Made by a program: the position numbers and the translations under genes
Source of the DNA: Candidatus Latescibacterota bacterium
GTDB taxonomy: Bacteria > Latescibacterota > UBA2968 > UBA8231
Direction of reading: 5' to 3'
DNA: 64,000 nt
Assembly: GCA_965215195.1 (NCBI GenBank)
Contig: CBDCDC010000002.1
Coordinates: 1,728,001 to 1,792,000, forward strand
Shown here: positions 37,057 to 46,095 of the stretch, piece after piece
Numbering within the stretch: position 1 is the stretch's first letter
How the letters are laid out: each line of letters begins with the position of its first letter
Notes under the pieces: model-generated
What the model saw: only the letters and a program-made list of their open reading frames with translations
What the model was told of the DNA's origin: nothing
Database searches by the model: none

Positions 37057-37081
37057 CGTAGGGGCAACCCTCGTGGTTGCC
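37057..37081 (+). repeat. GTAG-type REP
   Basis: cgtagg-ggcaacc-ctcgt-ggttgcc. Confidence 0.55.
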
Positions 37082-37112
37082 TTCACCTACCCTCACCAAC
37101 GGACCTTCAACA

Positions 37113-37919
37113 ATGAATAAATGCGATTTAAGTGGCCAAGTGGCGGCGGTCATCGGTGGGACCGGCGTATTGGGCGGGGCGATGGCCCAAGGGCTGGCCG
37201 CGGCCGGAGCCTCCGTAGCAGTGTTGGGGCGAGACCGCGACCGGGGGCATCAGCGAGTCGCGGCAATAGAGGAAGCCGAGGGCACGGGCGTGTTCGCAAC
37301 TTGCGACGCCACGGACAAAGCCTCGCTCAAGGCAGCCCGCGAAGCGGTCGTCGCGGCGTTGGGTCCGGTCAACGTGCTAATCAACGCGGCTGGCGGCAAT
37401 CAGCCGCAGGTGACCCTGACCGCCGATCTGGACTTTGCCGCCATAACAACCGCCGATTGGCAGCGCTGTTTCGACCTGAACTTGGGGGCTGGTGCGCTGT
37501 TGCCCTGCCAAGAATTCGGGTCGGCCATGGTCGCGCAGGGCCGGGGCAGCATCGTCAACATCGCCTCGGTCGCCGCTCACCTGCCGGTTTCGCGGGTGGT
37601 GGCGTACTCCGCGGCCAAAGCGGCCGTATTGAACCTAACGCAGTTCCTCGCACGGGAGTGGGCCGACCAAGGCGTGCGGGTCAACTCCATCACCCCGGGC
37701 TTTTTCCCGGCCGAGCAGAACCGCCGCTTGCTCTTTGAAGACGACGGCACCCCAACCGAGCGCGGCCAACACATCCTCTCCCACACGCCCATGAACCGCT
37801 TTGGCCGCCCCGAGGAACTAGTCGGCGCGGCCGTGTTCCTCGCGTCGGACGCGGCCAGCGGCTTTGTCACCGGCACGGACATCCGCGTTGACGGGGGGTT
37901 TTTGGCGACGACCATCTAA
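37113..37919 (+). CDS. SDR family oxidoreductase (mannonate/gluconate dehydrogenase-like)
   Basis: GGTGVLG, NAAGGN, YSAAK, PGFF, VDGGF. Confidence 0.9.
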   Translation: MNKCDLSGQVAAVIGGTGVLGGAMAQGLAAAGASVAVLGRDRDRGHQRVAAIEEAEGTGVFATCDATDKASLKAAREAVVAALGPVNVLINAAGGNQPQVTLTADLDFAAITTADWQRCFDLNLGAGALLPCQEFGSAMVAQGRGSIVNIASVAAHLPVSRVVAYSAAKAAVLNLTQFLAREWADQGVRVNSITPGFFPAEQNRRLLFEDDGTPTERGQHILSHTPMNRFGRPEELVGAAVFLASDAASGFVTGTDIRVDGGFLATTI

Positions 37920-37922
37920 CTG
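37851..37922 (+). repeat. 72-bp direct repeat, copy 1 (SDR 3' end)
   Basis: 70/72 identical to 38446..38517. Confidence 0.9.
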
Positions 37923-37936
37923 AAATATGAAGCACT

Positions 37937-38152
37937 TCACGCCTCAAGCGGGGTCAGGCGAAATACCCGAGCCATCTGAGCCGCGTACTCTAGATCACCG
38001 TCCCTTAGAGCCTCACGAACATCATCCAGCTTATCAGCGTCCTTCACTGAAAGATAGGGCGGCCATCCTGCGTCCCCATCGATCAACTCCACCTCCACCT
38101 CCGCAGCATACTCTCCTGCGCACACCAGTTTCGTAATCACTCTGCTCGTCAT
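37937..38152 (-). CDS. Small putative antitoxin, partner of DUF4258
   Basis: gaggagg RBS; KLV..EYAAEVEVEL..WPPYLS..KLDDVREALR. Confidence 0.65.
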   Translation of the reverse strand: MTSRVITKLVCAGEYAAEVEVELIDGDAGWPPYLSVKDADKLDDVREALRDGDLEYAAQMARVFRLTPLEA

Positions 38153-38426
38153 GTTCGCCTCCTCGTGAAACGGGTGAAGTGTGTCCTGCCGGGATGCCCC
38201 ACACAACGTGTATCGCGTTCCCTGCTCGATCATACTGCAATACGAGAACACAAGGGCCTTTAGCGTAATGTGGATAATCTTCAACGACAATCGCATCTTC
38301 CACACCTTCAATAACTTCGCGCACTCTAATGCCGTCCGCCGCAATTTCATCGTATCCATGGGCCGACACTCTTACTCCGCCTTTGCGCACTAATTGTTTT
38401 ACTGCATTGAGCGTTTCACTTGCCAC
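38034..38426 (-). pseudogene. DUF4258 (RelE-like) toxin, apparently missing its C-terminus and reading into the partner gene
   Basis: VSAHGYDE..VEDYP..GPCVLVL..IHVVWG; the usual terminal TAY-P strand is absent. Confidence 0.6.
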
Positions 38427-38445
38427 TTCGTCATCTCCAGAATAG

Positions 38446-38517
38446 GCGGCCAGCGGCTTTGTCACCGGCGCGGACATCCGCGTTGACGGGGGGTTTTTGG
38501 CGACGACGATCTAACTG
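38446..38517 (+). repeat. 72-bp direct repeat, copy 2
   Basis: Duplicate of the SDR 3' end including the stop codon. Confidence 0.9.
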
Positions 38518-38644
38518 GTTACAAGCAGCGCTCCCGAGGCCGACATGCGGGGTGCCAAGTCCTGCGGGATGAAAGCGAGTTGGAAGCGAGATGAGTACTG
38601 GGAAGCACCTGAGATTGTGGATGGGGCAGTTGACGACCTCCCGC

Positions 38645-38707
38645 TTATCGGGCCAGTTCCTACAAGGGCGGCTACGCACGCTCCGAAACGAGGAACTGGC
38701 CCGATAA
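38645..38707. repeat. Perfect 17-bp inverted repeat downstream of the FGE-domain gene
   Basis: ttatcgggccagttcct-29 nt-aggaactggcccgataa. Confidence 0.85.
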
Positions 38708-38728
38708 AAGAGTAAAAGAGCTAAAGGG

Positions 38729-41700
38729 TTAACGAATCCTGAGAAGGCGCACACCAATGGTGGCACCGCGCACGTCGGGCGAGGCGAAGCCGCGGCCGAG
38801 TGCCGACCGCGCGACCTGGGCACTATTGTAGAAGTCGCCGCCCCGAAAGACGCGATAGAAGCCGGAGGAAGGCCCCCGGGGGTCAACCCGAGGCGAGCTT
38901 TTATAATAGTCTACATCAAACCAGTCCTGCACCCACTCCCACACATTCCCATGCATGTCATACAACCCCCAAGGATTCGGACGCTTTAGACCCACCGCAC
39001 GAGCATCATACTCAGCATTATCCCTATACCACGCATAATCCGTCAGGTGGTGCTCGTCATCCCCAAACGACCACAGAGTTGATGTACCCGCTCGACACGC
39101 ATACTCCCACTCCGCTTCACTCGGCAACCGATACAACGAATCACCCGCCGCCTCATTCAACCGACCAATAAAGCTCTGCACATCATCCCATGAAATATAT
39201 ATCGCCGGATGAGATGGATTCTCCCGAACATAACGCTTCCCCGACCACGGCGTCGTTCCCATCACGGCTTCCCACTGCCCCTGCGTAACTTCGTATTGAC
39301 CCAACCAAAACCCCTCGCTGATCTCCACCTCATGCACCCGCAGGTCGCCCCATTGTAATCCTCCTAAGGCGTCGGGCAACCAAAACTCCTCGCTGATCTC
39401 CCCCTCAGCCGGCGACCCCGACCCCATCTGAAATACACCCGGCGCGATCCAAACAAACGTCATCGACGCATCCCCCGGGAACAGATCAATATGACGGGAT
39501 TCTATAAGATGAAGCGTCAGCGTGTACGCGCCGGTGCTGGAAGTACGACCGCCGCGCACTCGGATATAGTAGGTGCCCGGCTCCACGACCGCCGACACGC
39601 GGAAGTTGTGGTCCGCGCCGCCATCGTCAGACCGGTCAAGGACGTTGCCCGAACTATCTTCTATATAGCCATAGGTATCCGTGCCGCCGGTCGTCGAGGC
39701 AACAAGCAACCCCGCACTACGGACGCTTACGCGGAAGTAAGCGATATCGCCCGCCAACAGCTCGTCCTCAATCGACTCGCCCAACCCCAACGGGATCGCC
39801 CCTGAGGGACTATCGCCACCAAGATGAAGCGTCAGCGTGTACGCGCCGGTGCTGGAAGTACGACCGCCGCGCACTCGGATATAGTAGGTGCCCGGCTCCA
39901 CGACCGCCGACACGCGGAAGTTGCGGCTCGTGTCGCCATCGTCAGACCGGTCAAGGACGTTGCCCGAACTACCTTCTATATAGACATAGGTATCCGTGCC
40001 GCCGGTCGTCGAGGCAACAAGCCGCCCCGCACTACGGACGCTTACGCGGAAATAATCGATATCGCCCGCCAACAGCTCGTCCTCAATCGACTCGCCCAAC
40101 CCCAACGGGATCGCCCCTGAGGGGATGTGATCGCCATCAAGATGAAGCGTCAGCGTGTACGCGCCGGTGCTGAAAGTATAAGCGCCGACCACTCGGATAT
40201 AGTAGGTGCCCGGCTCCACGACCGCCGACACGCGGAAGTTGGAGCCCGCGCCGCCATTGTCATTCACGGCAAGGACGTTGCCCGAACTATCTTCTATATA
40301 GCCATAGGTATCCGTGTCGCCGGTCGTCGAGGCAACAAGCCGCCCCGCACTACGGACGCTTACGCGGAAGTAATCGATATCGTCCGCCGACAGCTCGTCC
40401 TCAATCGACTCGCCCAACCCCAACGGGATCGCCCCGTGAAGCGTCAGCGTGTACGCGCCGGTGCTGGAAGTACGAGCGCCGCGCACTCGGATATAGTAGG
40501 TGCCCGGCTCCACGACCGCCGACACGCGGAAGTTGGGGCCCGCGCGGCCATCGTTATCCTCGGCAAGGACCTTGCCCGAACTATCTTCTATATAGCCATA
40601 GGTATCCGTGTCGCCGGTCGTCGAGGCAACAAGCCGCCCCGCACTACGGACGCTTACGCGGAAATAATCGACCTCGCGCGCCGACAGCTCGTCCTCAATC
40701 GACTCGCCCAACCCCAACGGGATCGCCCCGTGAAGCGTCAGCGTGTACGCGCCGGTGCTGGAAGTACGAGCACCGCGCACTCGGATATAGTAGGTGCCCG
40801 GCTCCACGACCGCCGACACGCGGAAGTTGAGGTCCGCGCCGCCATCGTCATTCACGGCAAGGACCTTGCCCGAACTATCTTCTATATAGCCATAGGTATT
40901 CGTGCCGCCGGTCGTCGAGGCAACAAGCCGCCCCGCACTACGGACGCTTACGCGGAAATAATCGATATCGCCCGCCAACAGCTCGTCCTCAATCCACTCG
41001 CCCAACCCCAACGGGATCGCCCCTTGAAGCGTCAGCGCGTAAGCACCGGTGTCGGAAGTACGAGCGCCGCGCACTCGGATATAGTAGGTGCCCGGCTCCA
41101 CGACCGCCGACACAACGAAGTTCCTGCCCGCGCCGCCATCGTTATCCTCGGCAAGGACGTTGCCCGAACTATCTTCTAGATAGCCATAGGTATCCGTGCC
41201 GCCGGTCGTCGAGGCAACAAGCCGCCCCGCACTACGGACGCTTACGCGGAAATAATCGATATCGCCCGCCAACAGCTCGTCCTCAATCGACTCGCCCAAC
41301 CCCAACGGGATCGCCCCTGAGGGGATGTAATCGCCATCAAGATGAAGCGTCAGCGCGTAAGCACCGGTGCTGGAAGTACGAGCGCCGAGCACTCGGATAT
41401 AGTAGGTGCCCGGCTCCACGAACGCCGACACAACGAAGTTGCGGTCCGAGCCGCCATCGCCATCCTCGGCAAGGACGTTGCCCGAACTATCTTCTATATA
41501 GCCATAGGTATTCGTGCCGCCGGTCGTCGAGGCAACAAGCCGCCCCGCACTACGGACGCTTACGCGGAAGTAATCGATATCGCCCGCCAACAGCTCGTCC
41601 TCAATCCACTCGCCCAACCCCAACGGGATCGCCCCTGAGGGACTATCGCCGCCATCGAGATGTGTTCCATCCTCCCAAAGCTCCATCACGAAAATCTCCC

Positions 41701-43438
41701 AGTTGTCGTCGCGATCGGACGAGAAGGCGATATGCCGGCCATCCGGAGACCAAGACGGAGAACCGTCGTCAGCCGGGTGCTTGGTCAGGCGGCGGGGGTT
41801 GTTCCCATCCGAATCCATCACGAAAATCTCCCAGTTGTCGTCGCGATCGGACGAGAAGGCGATATGCCGGCCATCCGGAGACCAAGACGGAGAACCGTCG
41901 TAAGCCCAGTGGTTGGTCAGGCGGCGGGGGTTGTTCCCATCCGAATCCATCACGTAAATCTCAGTGTTGCCGTCGCGATCGGACGAGAAGGCGATATGCC
42001 GGCCATCCGGAGACCACGAAGGACTCCAGTCGTCAGCCGGGTGCTTGGTCAGGCGGCGGGGGTTGTTCCCATCCGAATCCATCACGTAAATCTCAGCGTT
42101 GCCGTCGCGATCGAACGAGAAGACGATATGCCGGCCATCCGGAGACCAAGACGGACGATAGTCGTTAGCCGAGTGCTTGGTCAGGCGGCGGGGGTTGTTC
42201 CCATCCGAATCCATCACGTAAATCTCCCTGTTGCCGTAGCGATAGGAATAAAAGGCGATATGCCGGCCATCCGGAGACCAAGACGGACTCCTGTCGTCAA
42301 CCGAGTGGTTGGTCAGGCGGCGGGGGTTGTTCCCATCCGAATCCATCACGTAAATCTCCCTGTTGCCGTCGCGCTTGGACGAGAAGGCGATATGCCGGCC
42401 ATCCGGAGACCAAGACGGACTCCTGTCGTCAGCCGAGTGGTTGGTCAGGCGGCGTATGGCCCCGGCGACTAAGTCCCCACCACTGCTCGTCACCACTTGC
42501 CCAATCCCCGAAGGCAGCGACGCATCGGCCGGATTAGCAACATACGCCACAAGCAGCAGCGCATCGGCCAGATTGACTGCGCCATCGCCGTTGACATCGC
42601 CCAAAGAGATGTCCCCATTAGGGGGAAGCTCAACGGACTCACCGGAGACATACGCCACAAGCAGCAGCGCATCGGCCAGATTGACTGCGCCATCGCCGTT
42701 GACATCGCCCAACACCCCGTCGGTCAACGCCTTGCCACGCGGCAGCCTACCCACCGCGTCGACGACCACCTCCACCGGAGCCATCCCCGCCCGCATACCA
42801 AAGGCCGCATCTACATAGGTGACCAACCCCGCGCCCGTCACGGCCAAACCATAGACGCCCTCAGCCGCTACCGCAGGCGACAGCTCCATCGGCAGCGGAA
42901 CACTCGCCGCCACCTGCCCCGCCTGTCCATCAAGCAGCACCATCCGCCGCGTCAACGTCGGCTGTCCCGTACTGCTAAGCCGATAGAAATACACCCCCGC
43001 ACCCACCGACCAACCCGCCGCATCCGTCGCATCCCAAACCGCCGTATGAACGCCCGCTGGCCGCTCTTCATCCACCAACGTCGCTATTCGCTGCCCCAAC
43101 ACATTGAACACCTCCAAACGCACCGACCCAGCAGCCGGCACGTGATACGGAATCACCGTCGAAGGATTGAACGGATTGGGATAATTCTGACCCAGCGCAA
43201 ACCCCGTCGGCACCCCTGACCCGCCCAACGACGCCACCGGCAGCGCGAAGTGCCCAGACGCATCGGTCGTCGCCCGCGCCACGACCCCACGCCGCAAATC
43301 CGCCAGATCAAACACCATGATTTGGGCGGCCTCAACCGGCTCACCCGAAGAAAGGCGCACCTGTCCTTCCACAAGCGGCTCGGCCACCACCGGGGCCGAT
43401 AACACCAGCCCGACCAAAACGGCGAGAACTGTCTGCAT
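38729..43438 (-). CDS. Secreted modular protein: FlgD/T9SS-CTD-like Ig + dockerin + 6 PD40 repeats + 7 PPC-like repeats + FGE-sulfatase (CLec) domain
   Basis: QNYPNPFNP; GDVNGDG twice; PSWSPDG six times; GTYYIRV seven times; RLPSEAEWEYACR, GLYDMHGNVWEW. Confidence 0.9.
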   Translation of the reverse strand: MQTVLAVLVGLVLSAPVVAEPLVEGQVRLSSGEPVEAAQIMVFDLADLRRGVVARATTDASGHFALPVASLGGSGVPTGFALGQNYPNPFNPSTVIPYHVPAAGSVRLEVFNVLGQRIATLVDEERPAGVHTAVWDATDAAGWSVGAGVYFYRLSSTGQPTLTRRMVLLDGQAGQVAASVPLPMELSPAVAAEGVYGLAVTGAGLVTYVDAAFGMRAGMAPVEVVVDAVGRLPRGKALTDGVLGDVNGDGAVNLADALLLVAYVSGESVELPPNGDISLGDVNGDGAVNLADALLLVAYVANPADASLPSGIGQVVTSSGGDLVAGAIRRLTNHSADDRSPSWSPDGRHIAFSSKRDGNREIYVMDSDGNNPRRLTNHSVDDRSPSWSPDGRHIAFYSYRYGNREIYVMDSDGNNPRRLTKHSANDYRPSWSPDGRHIVFSFDRDGNAEIYVMDSDGNNPRRLTKHPADDWSPSWSPDGRHIAFSSDRDGNTEIYVMDSDGNNPRRLTNHWAYDGSPSWSPDGRHIAFSSDRDDNWEIFVMDSDGNNPRRLTKHPADDGSPSWSPDGRHIAFSSDRDDNWEIFVMELWEDGTHLDGGDSPSGAIPLGLGEWIEDELLAGDIDYFRVSVRSAGRLVASTTGGTNTYGYIEDSSGNVLAEDGDGGSDRNFVVSAFVEPGTYYIRVLGARTSSTGAYALTLHLDGDYIPSGAIPLGLGESIEDELLAGDIDYFRVSVRSAGRLVASTTGGTDTYGYLEDSSGNVLAEDNDGGAGRNFVVSAVVEPGTYYIRVRGARTSDTGAYALTLQGAIPLGLGEWIEDELLAGDIDYFRVSVRSAGRLVASTTGGTNTYGYIEDSSGKVLAVNDDGGADLNFRVSAVVEPGTYYIRVRGARTSSTGAYTLTLHGAIPLGLGESIEDELSAREVDYFRVSVRSAGRLVASTTGDTDTYGYIEDSSGKVLAEDNDGRAGPNFRVSAVVEPGTYYIRVRGARTSSTGAYTLTLHGAIPLGLGESIEDELSADDIDYFRVSVRSAGRLVASTTGDTDTYGYIEDSSGNVLAVNDNGGAGSNFRVSAVVEPGTYYIRVVGAYTFSTGAYTLTLHLDGDHIPSGAIPLGLGESIEDELLAGDIDYFRVSVRSAGRLVASTTGGTDTYVYIEGSSGNVLDRSDDGDTSRNFRVSAVVEPGTYYIRVRGGRTSSTGAYTLTLHLGGDSPSGAIPLGLGESIEDELLAGDIAYFRVSVRSAGLLVASTTGGTDTYGYIEDSSGNVLDRSDDGGADHNFRVSAVVEPGTYYIRVRGGRTSSTGAYTLTLHLIESRHIDLFPGDASMTFVWIAPGVFQMGSGSPAEGEISEEFWLPDALGGLQWGDLRVHEVEISEGFWLGQYEVTQGQWEAVMGTTPWSGKRYVRENPSHPAIYISWDDVQSFIGRLNEAAGDSLYRLPSEAEWEYACRAGTSTLWSFGDDEHHLTDYAWYRDNAEYDARAVGLKRPNPWGLYDMHGNVWEWVQDWFDVDYYKSSPRVDPRGPSSGFYRVFRGGDFYNSAQVARSALGRGFASPDVRGATIGVRLLRIR

Positions 43439-43659
43439 AAAAAAATCTCCTGTGAATATGCATCCTAAGTGAAACGTGAAAGGGGAAAAATATGGGTGCG
43501 GGAGGCCTTTACCACCAGCTTTTCAAACGATTCGATTCGCAGTGGCCGCCCTGATTTCTCTTTTCTCCAGACGCGCCCCGCAATGGAGAGGAGTGCGCGG
43601 TGAAGTTGAAAATTGCCAGTTTCCCGTTAAAACGAAGTTGGCCCCAAAATGCCGGTAGT

Positions 43660-44409
43660 TCACGATGCCTCTTTGCGTGCAAGAGCAACCAGCCGCTTTG
43701 CGCTAGTCCCATACGCACTACCTTCCAAATCCCCATATAGTTGCGTAGTACTAAACCCAACTTGCAAGAGACGATCCTTCAGCTCCTGACCAGAGTACAA
43801 GGTGTGGTGAAACTTAAACGATCTTACGTGCTCATCCCGGATTAGGAGCCACTCGTTTCGAATCCTCGTCCAATCATCGAAGATCTCTCGCCGTTGAACG
43901 ATCAACGTCCCGTCGGGATGCACTTCCGAGGAGGTCGCGGTGAATGCGCTGGCCAACCGCTCTTTACCCGCCATCTCCATTACGAGGACGCCCCCAGGTC
44001 TGAGACTCTCGTACATATTTTGCAGCACTCGCAGGTCCTCGTCCTTGTCATCGAAATAGCCGAAGGACGTAAACATGTTGAGCACCAAGTCGTACGAGGA
44101 GGACCGCACAAAGCGACGCATGTCATCCTGCACAAACTCGACGTCTAATTTCCGCTCGCTTGCTCGCGCCGCCGCTTTTTGCAGTAGGAACGCTGTAGAA
44201 TCAACGCCCGTTACGGAAAATCCGCGCCCCGCCAGAGCCGTGCAATGTCGGCCGGGGCCGCAACACAGATCGAGGATATGGGTCCCGCTGAACGCCACTA
44301 GCGAAAGAATCTTGTCGACTTGCTCGTCGGCAGATTGGAATCGCTCTTGTGGGAACATATAGGGATACATTTCCTTCCAGAAGTCTTCGTTTGCAAACCA
44401 TTCAGACAT
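43660..44409 (-). CDS. Class I SAM-dependent methyltransferase
   Basis: LDLCCGPGRH, GVD, DMR, FTSFGYF. Confidence 0.9.
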   Translation of the reverse strand: MSEWFANEDFWKEMYPYMFPQERFQSADEQVDKILSLVAFSGTHILDLCCGPGRHCTALAGRGFSVTGVDSTAFLLQKAAARASERKLDVEFVQDDMRRFVRSSSYDLVLNMFTSFGYFDDKDEDLRVLQNMYESLRPGGVLVMEMAGKERLASAFTATSSEVHPDGTLIVQRREIFDDWTRIRNEWLLIRDEHVRSFKFHHTLYSGQELKDRLLQVGFSTTQLYGDLEGSAYGTSAKRLVALARKEAS

Positions 44410-44553
44410 AGAACTCCACCCAATAGGCAATTACTGTATTCCCGACCCGCTCAAAGCAAGGGATTAAAAGCCGCCAGCGGGTTGCCCTCAGGCCTAGGGA
44501 GCGAAAGAGTGGACCGATTAGGCGACGTGGGCTTGCTGATTTAACTCGCCCTT

Positions 44554-44677
44554 CTAACTACACGACACCAATAACTTGTCGTTGATGGGCGATGCGTCCG
44601 GGATCGAGGGCGTCCCGCCCTCGACGAGGGCAAGATGCCCTCGATCCGCGGGTAAGGCCCTACGGTCGTGTACTTAA
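44554..44677. mobile_element. MITE A (124 bp) with REP-like core
   Basis: TIR ctaactacacgac/gtcgtgtacttaa; 9-bp TSD ctcgccctt. Confidence 0.8.
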
Positions 44678-44686
44678 CTCGCCCTT

Positions 44687-46063
44687 TCAAGAAACCCACA
44701 CTGTTTTGTATTCAAAAAAAGGCTCCAGACCCATCTCGCCGTAGCGCCGGCCAATGCCGCTCTGCTTAAAACCACCCCAAGGCGTGCGATGGCTCAGCAT
44801 ACTGGCACTATTGATGGTCACAACCCCCACTTCCAATCGCCGCACAAAATGGCGTTGTCGCTCAGGATCTAGAGTCCACAGCGAAACGAGCAGTCCGTAG
44901 TCCGTATCGTTGGCCAACGCCAGCGCCTCGTCGTCGCGATCAAACGTCAGCACCGAGACAACCGGTCCGAAAATTTCGTCGCGGCAAACCGGACAGGACT
45001 GATCGGCAAAGGCAAAAGCCGTGGGCGCAAAATAGCAACCCTTTCCCGGCGGACGTGCGCCGCCAAACAGCAGAGAGCCCTGTGCTTTTCCCATCTCGAC
45101 GTAGCGCTCCACGCGCTCTACCGCCGCCTCGTCGATCAACATGCTGGGCCCTGCAGTCTGCGCCTTTTCTTTGAGTAGAGCGATAAATTCGTCGCGCAGC
45201 GATTCGTGCAGCAAAACTCGACTTATTGCCGAGCACGCCTGCCCGGGGAAGGCCGATCCCACGGTCGCTGTTGCGGCCGCTTCTACGTCGGCGTCGGGCA
45301 AGACGATCTGCGCCGTTTTGCTGCCCAGATTTAGCTGCACTCGCTTGAGATCTGCGGCCGCAGCGGCCATGATCTTTTTGCCCGTCGCCGTGCTGCCGGT
45401 AAAACTGATCAGACGGGTAGCTGGGTGCGCGACGAGAGCCTGCCCCACCTCAGGCCCCTTGCCGCTGAGCGCGTTGACCACCCCGGCAGGGAAACCAGCT
45501 TCGTGGAATGCCTGCATCGTCTTGAGCGCCTGTGGTGCTTCTTGGTCGGGCGCTTTGAGCACGACCGTATTGCCGGCTACCAGTGCCGGCACGGCCGATA
45601 AAAGAGCGCCCAGCAGCGGCCCGTTGAAAGGGGCAAAGACGGCGACGACACCCAGCGGTTCCCTATATACATAATTAGTGCATTGGTCGCCGTGCTCAAT
45701 AAGCGTACCCGCCCCGTCGTCTAGTGTACCCACGTAGTAGTCGATGATGCGCTCTATCAGCGGCGGGATGCCCGCCGCCCCCTGAGGCTGGACCTTGGCT
45801 GCCGCCAGTTCGTCGGCCATGGCATAGAGCACCTCTTTCAGTTTGGCGAATAAAGCGCGCTTGTGCTCACTGCCGCAGAACTTCCACTCTGCATAAAATG
45901 CTTCGCGCGCAGCAGCAGCGGCCCGATCCACGTCGGCCCGACTGGCATCGGCGACTTCGGCGACTAAGGTGCCGTCTACGGGGCTGTACAGGGGATAGTA
46001 GCGGCCCGATGTGGGGGGACACAGTTGGCCCCGGATCAGCAAATCACTTTTTTTCCCACTCAC
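44687..46063 (-). CDS. Aldehyde dehydrogenase family protein
   Basis: PFN, FTGS, GQAC, EIFGPV, GGFKQSG. Confidence 0.92.
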   Translation of the reverse strand: MSGKKSDLLIRGQLCPPTSGRYYPLYSPVDGTLVAEVADASRADVDRAAAAAREAFYAEWKFCGSEHKRALFAKLKEVLYAMADELAAAKVQPQGAAGIPPLIERIIDYYVGTLDDGAGTLIEHGDQCTNYVYREPLGVVAVFAPFNGPLLGALLSAVPALVAGNTVVLKAPDQEAPQALKTMQAFHEAGFPAGVVNALSGKGPEVGQALVAHPATRLISFTGSTATGKKIMAAAAADLKRVQLNLGSKTAQIVLPDADVEAAATATVGSAFPGQACSAISRVLLHESLRDEFIALLKEKAQTAGPSMLIDEAAVERVERYVEMGKAQGSLLFGGARPPGKGCYFAPTAFAFADQSCPVCRDEIFGPVVSVLTFDRDDEALALANDTDYGLLVSLWTLDPERQRHFVRRLEVGVVTINSASMLSHRTPWGGFKQSGIGRRYGEMGLEPFFEYKTVWVS

Positions 46064-46095
46064 TTCATCTTCCTCCTTATTGAAACGTTATAGTA

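Noticed and set aside
39500-42454. Long plus-strand ORFs over the repeat protein
   Set aside because: Antisense shadows of the minus-strand repeats
43586-43596. gagaggagtgc match to the twin leader motif
   Set aside because: Only 11 bp and in the wrong orientation relative to the gene
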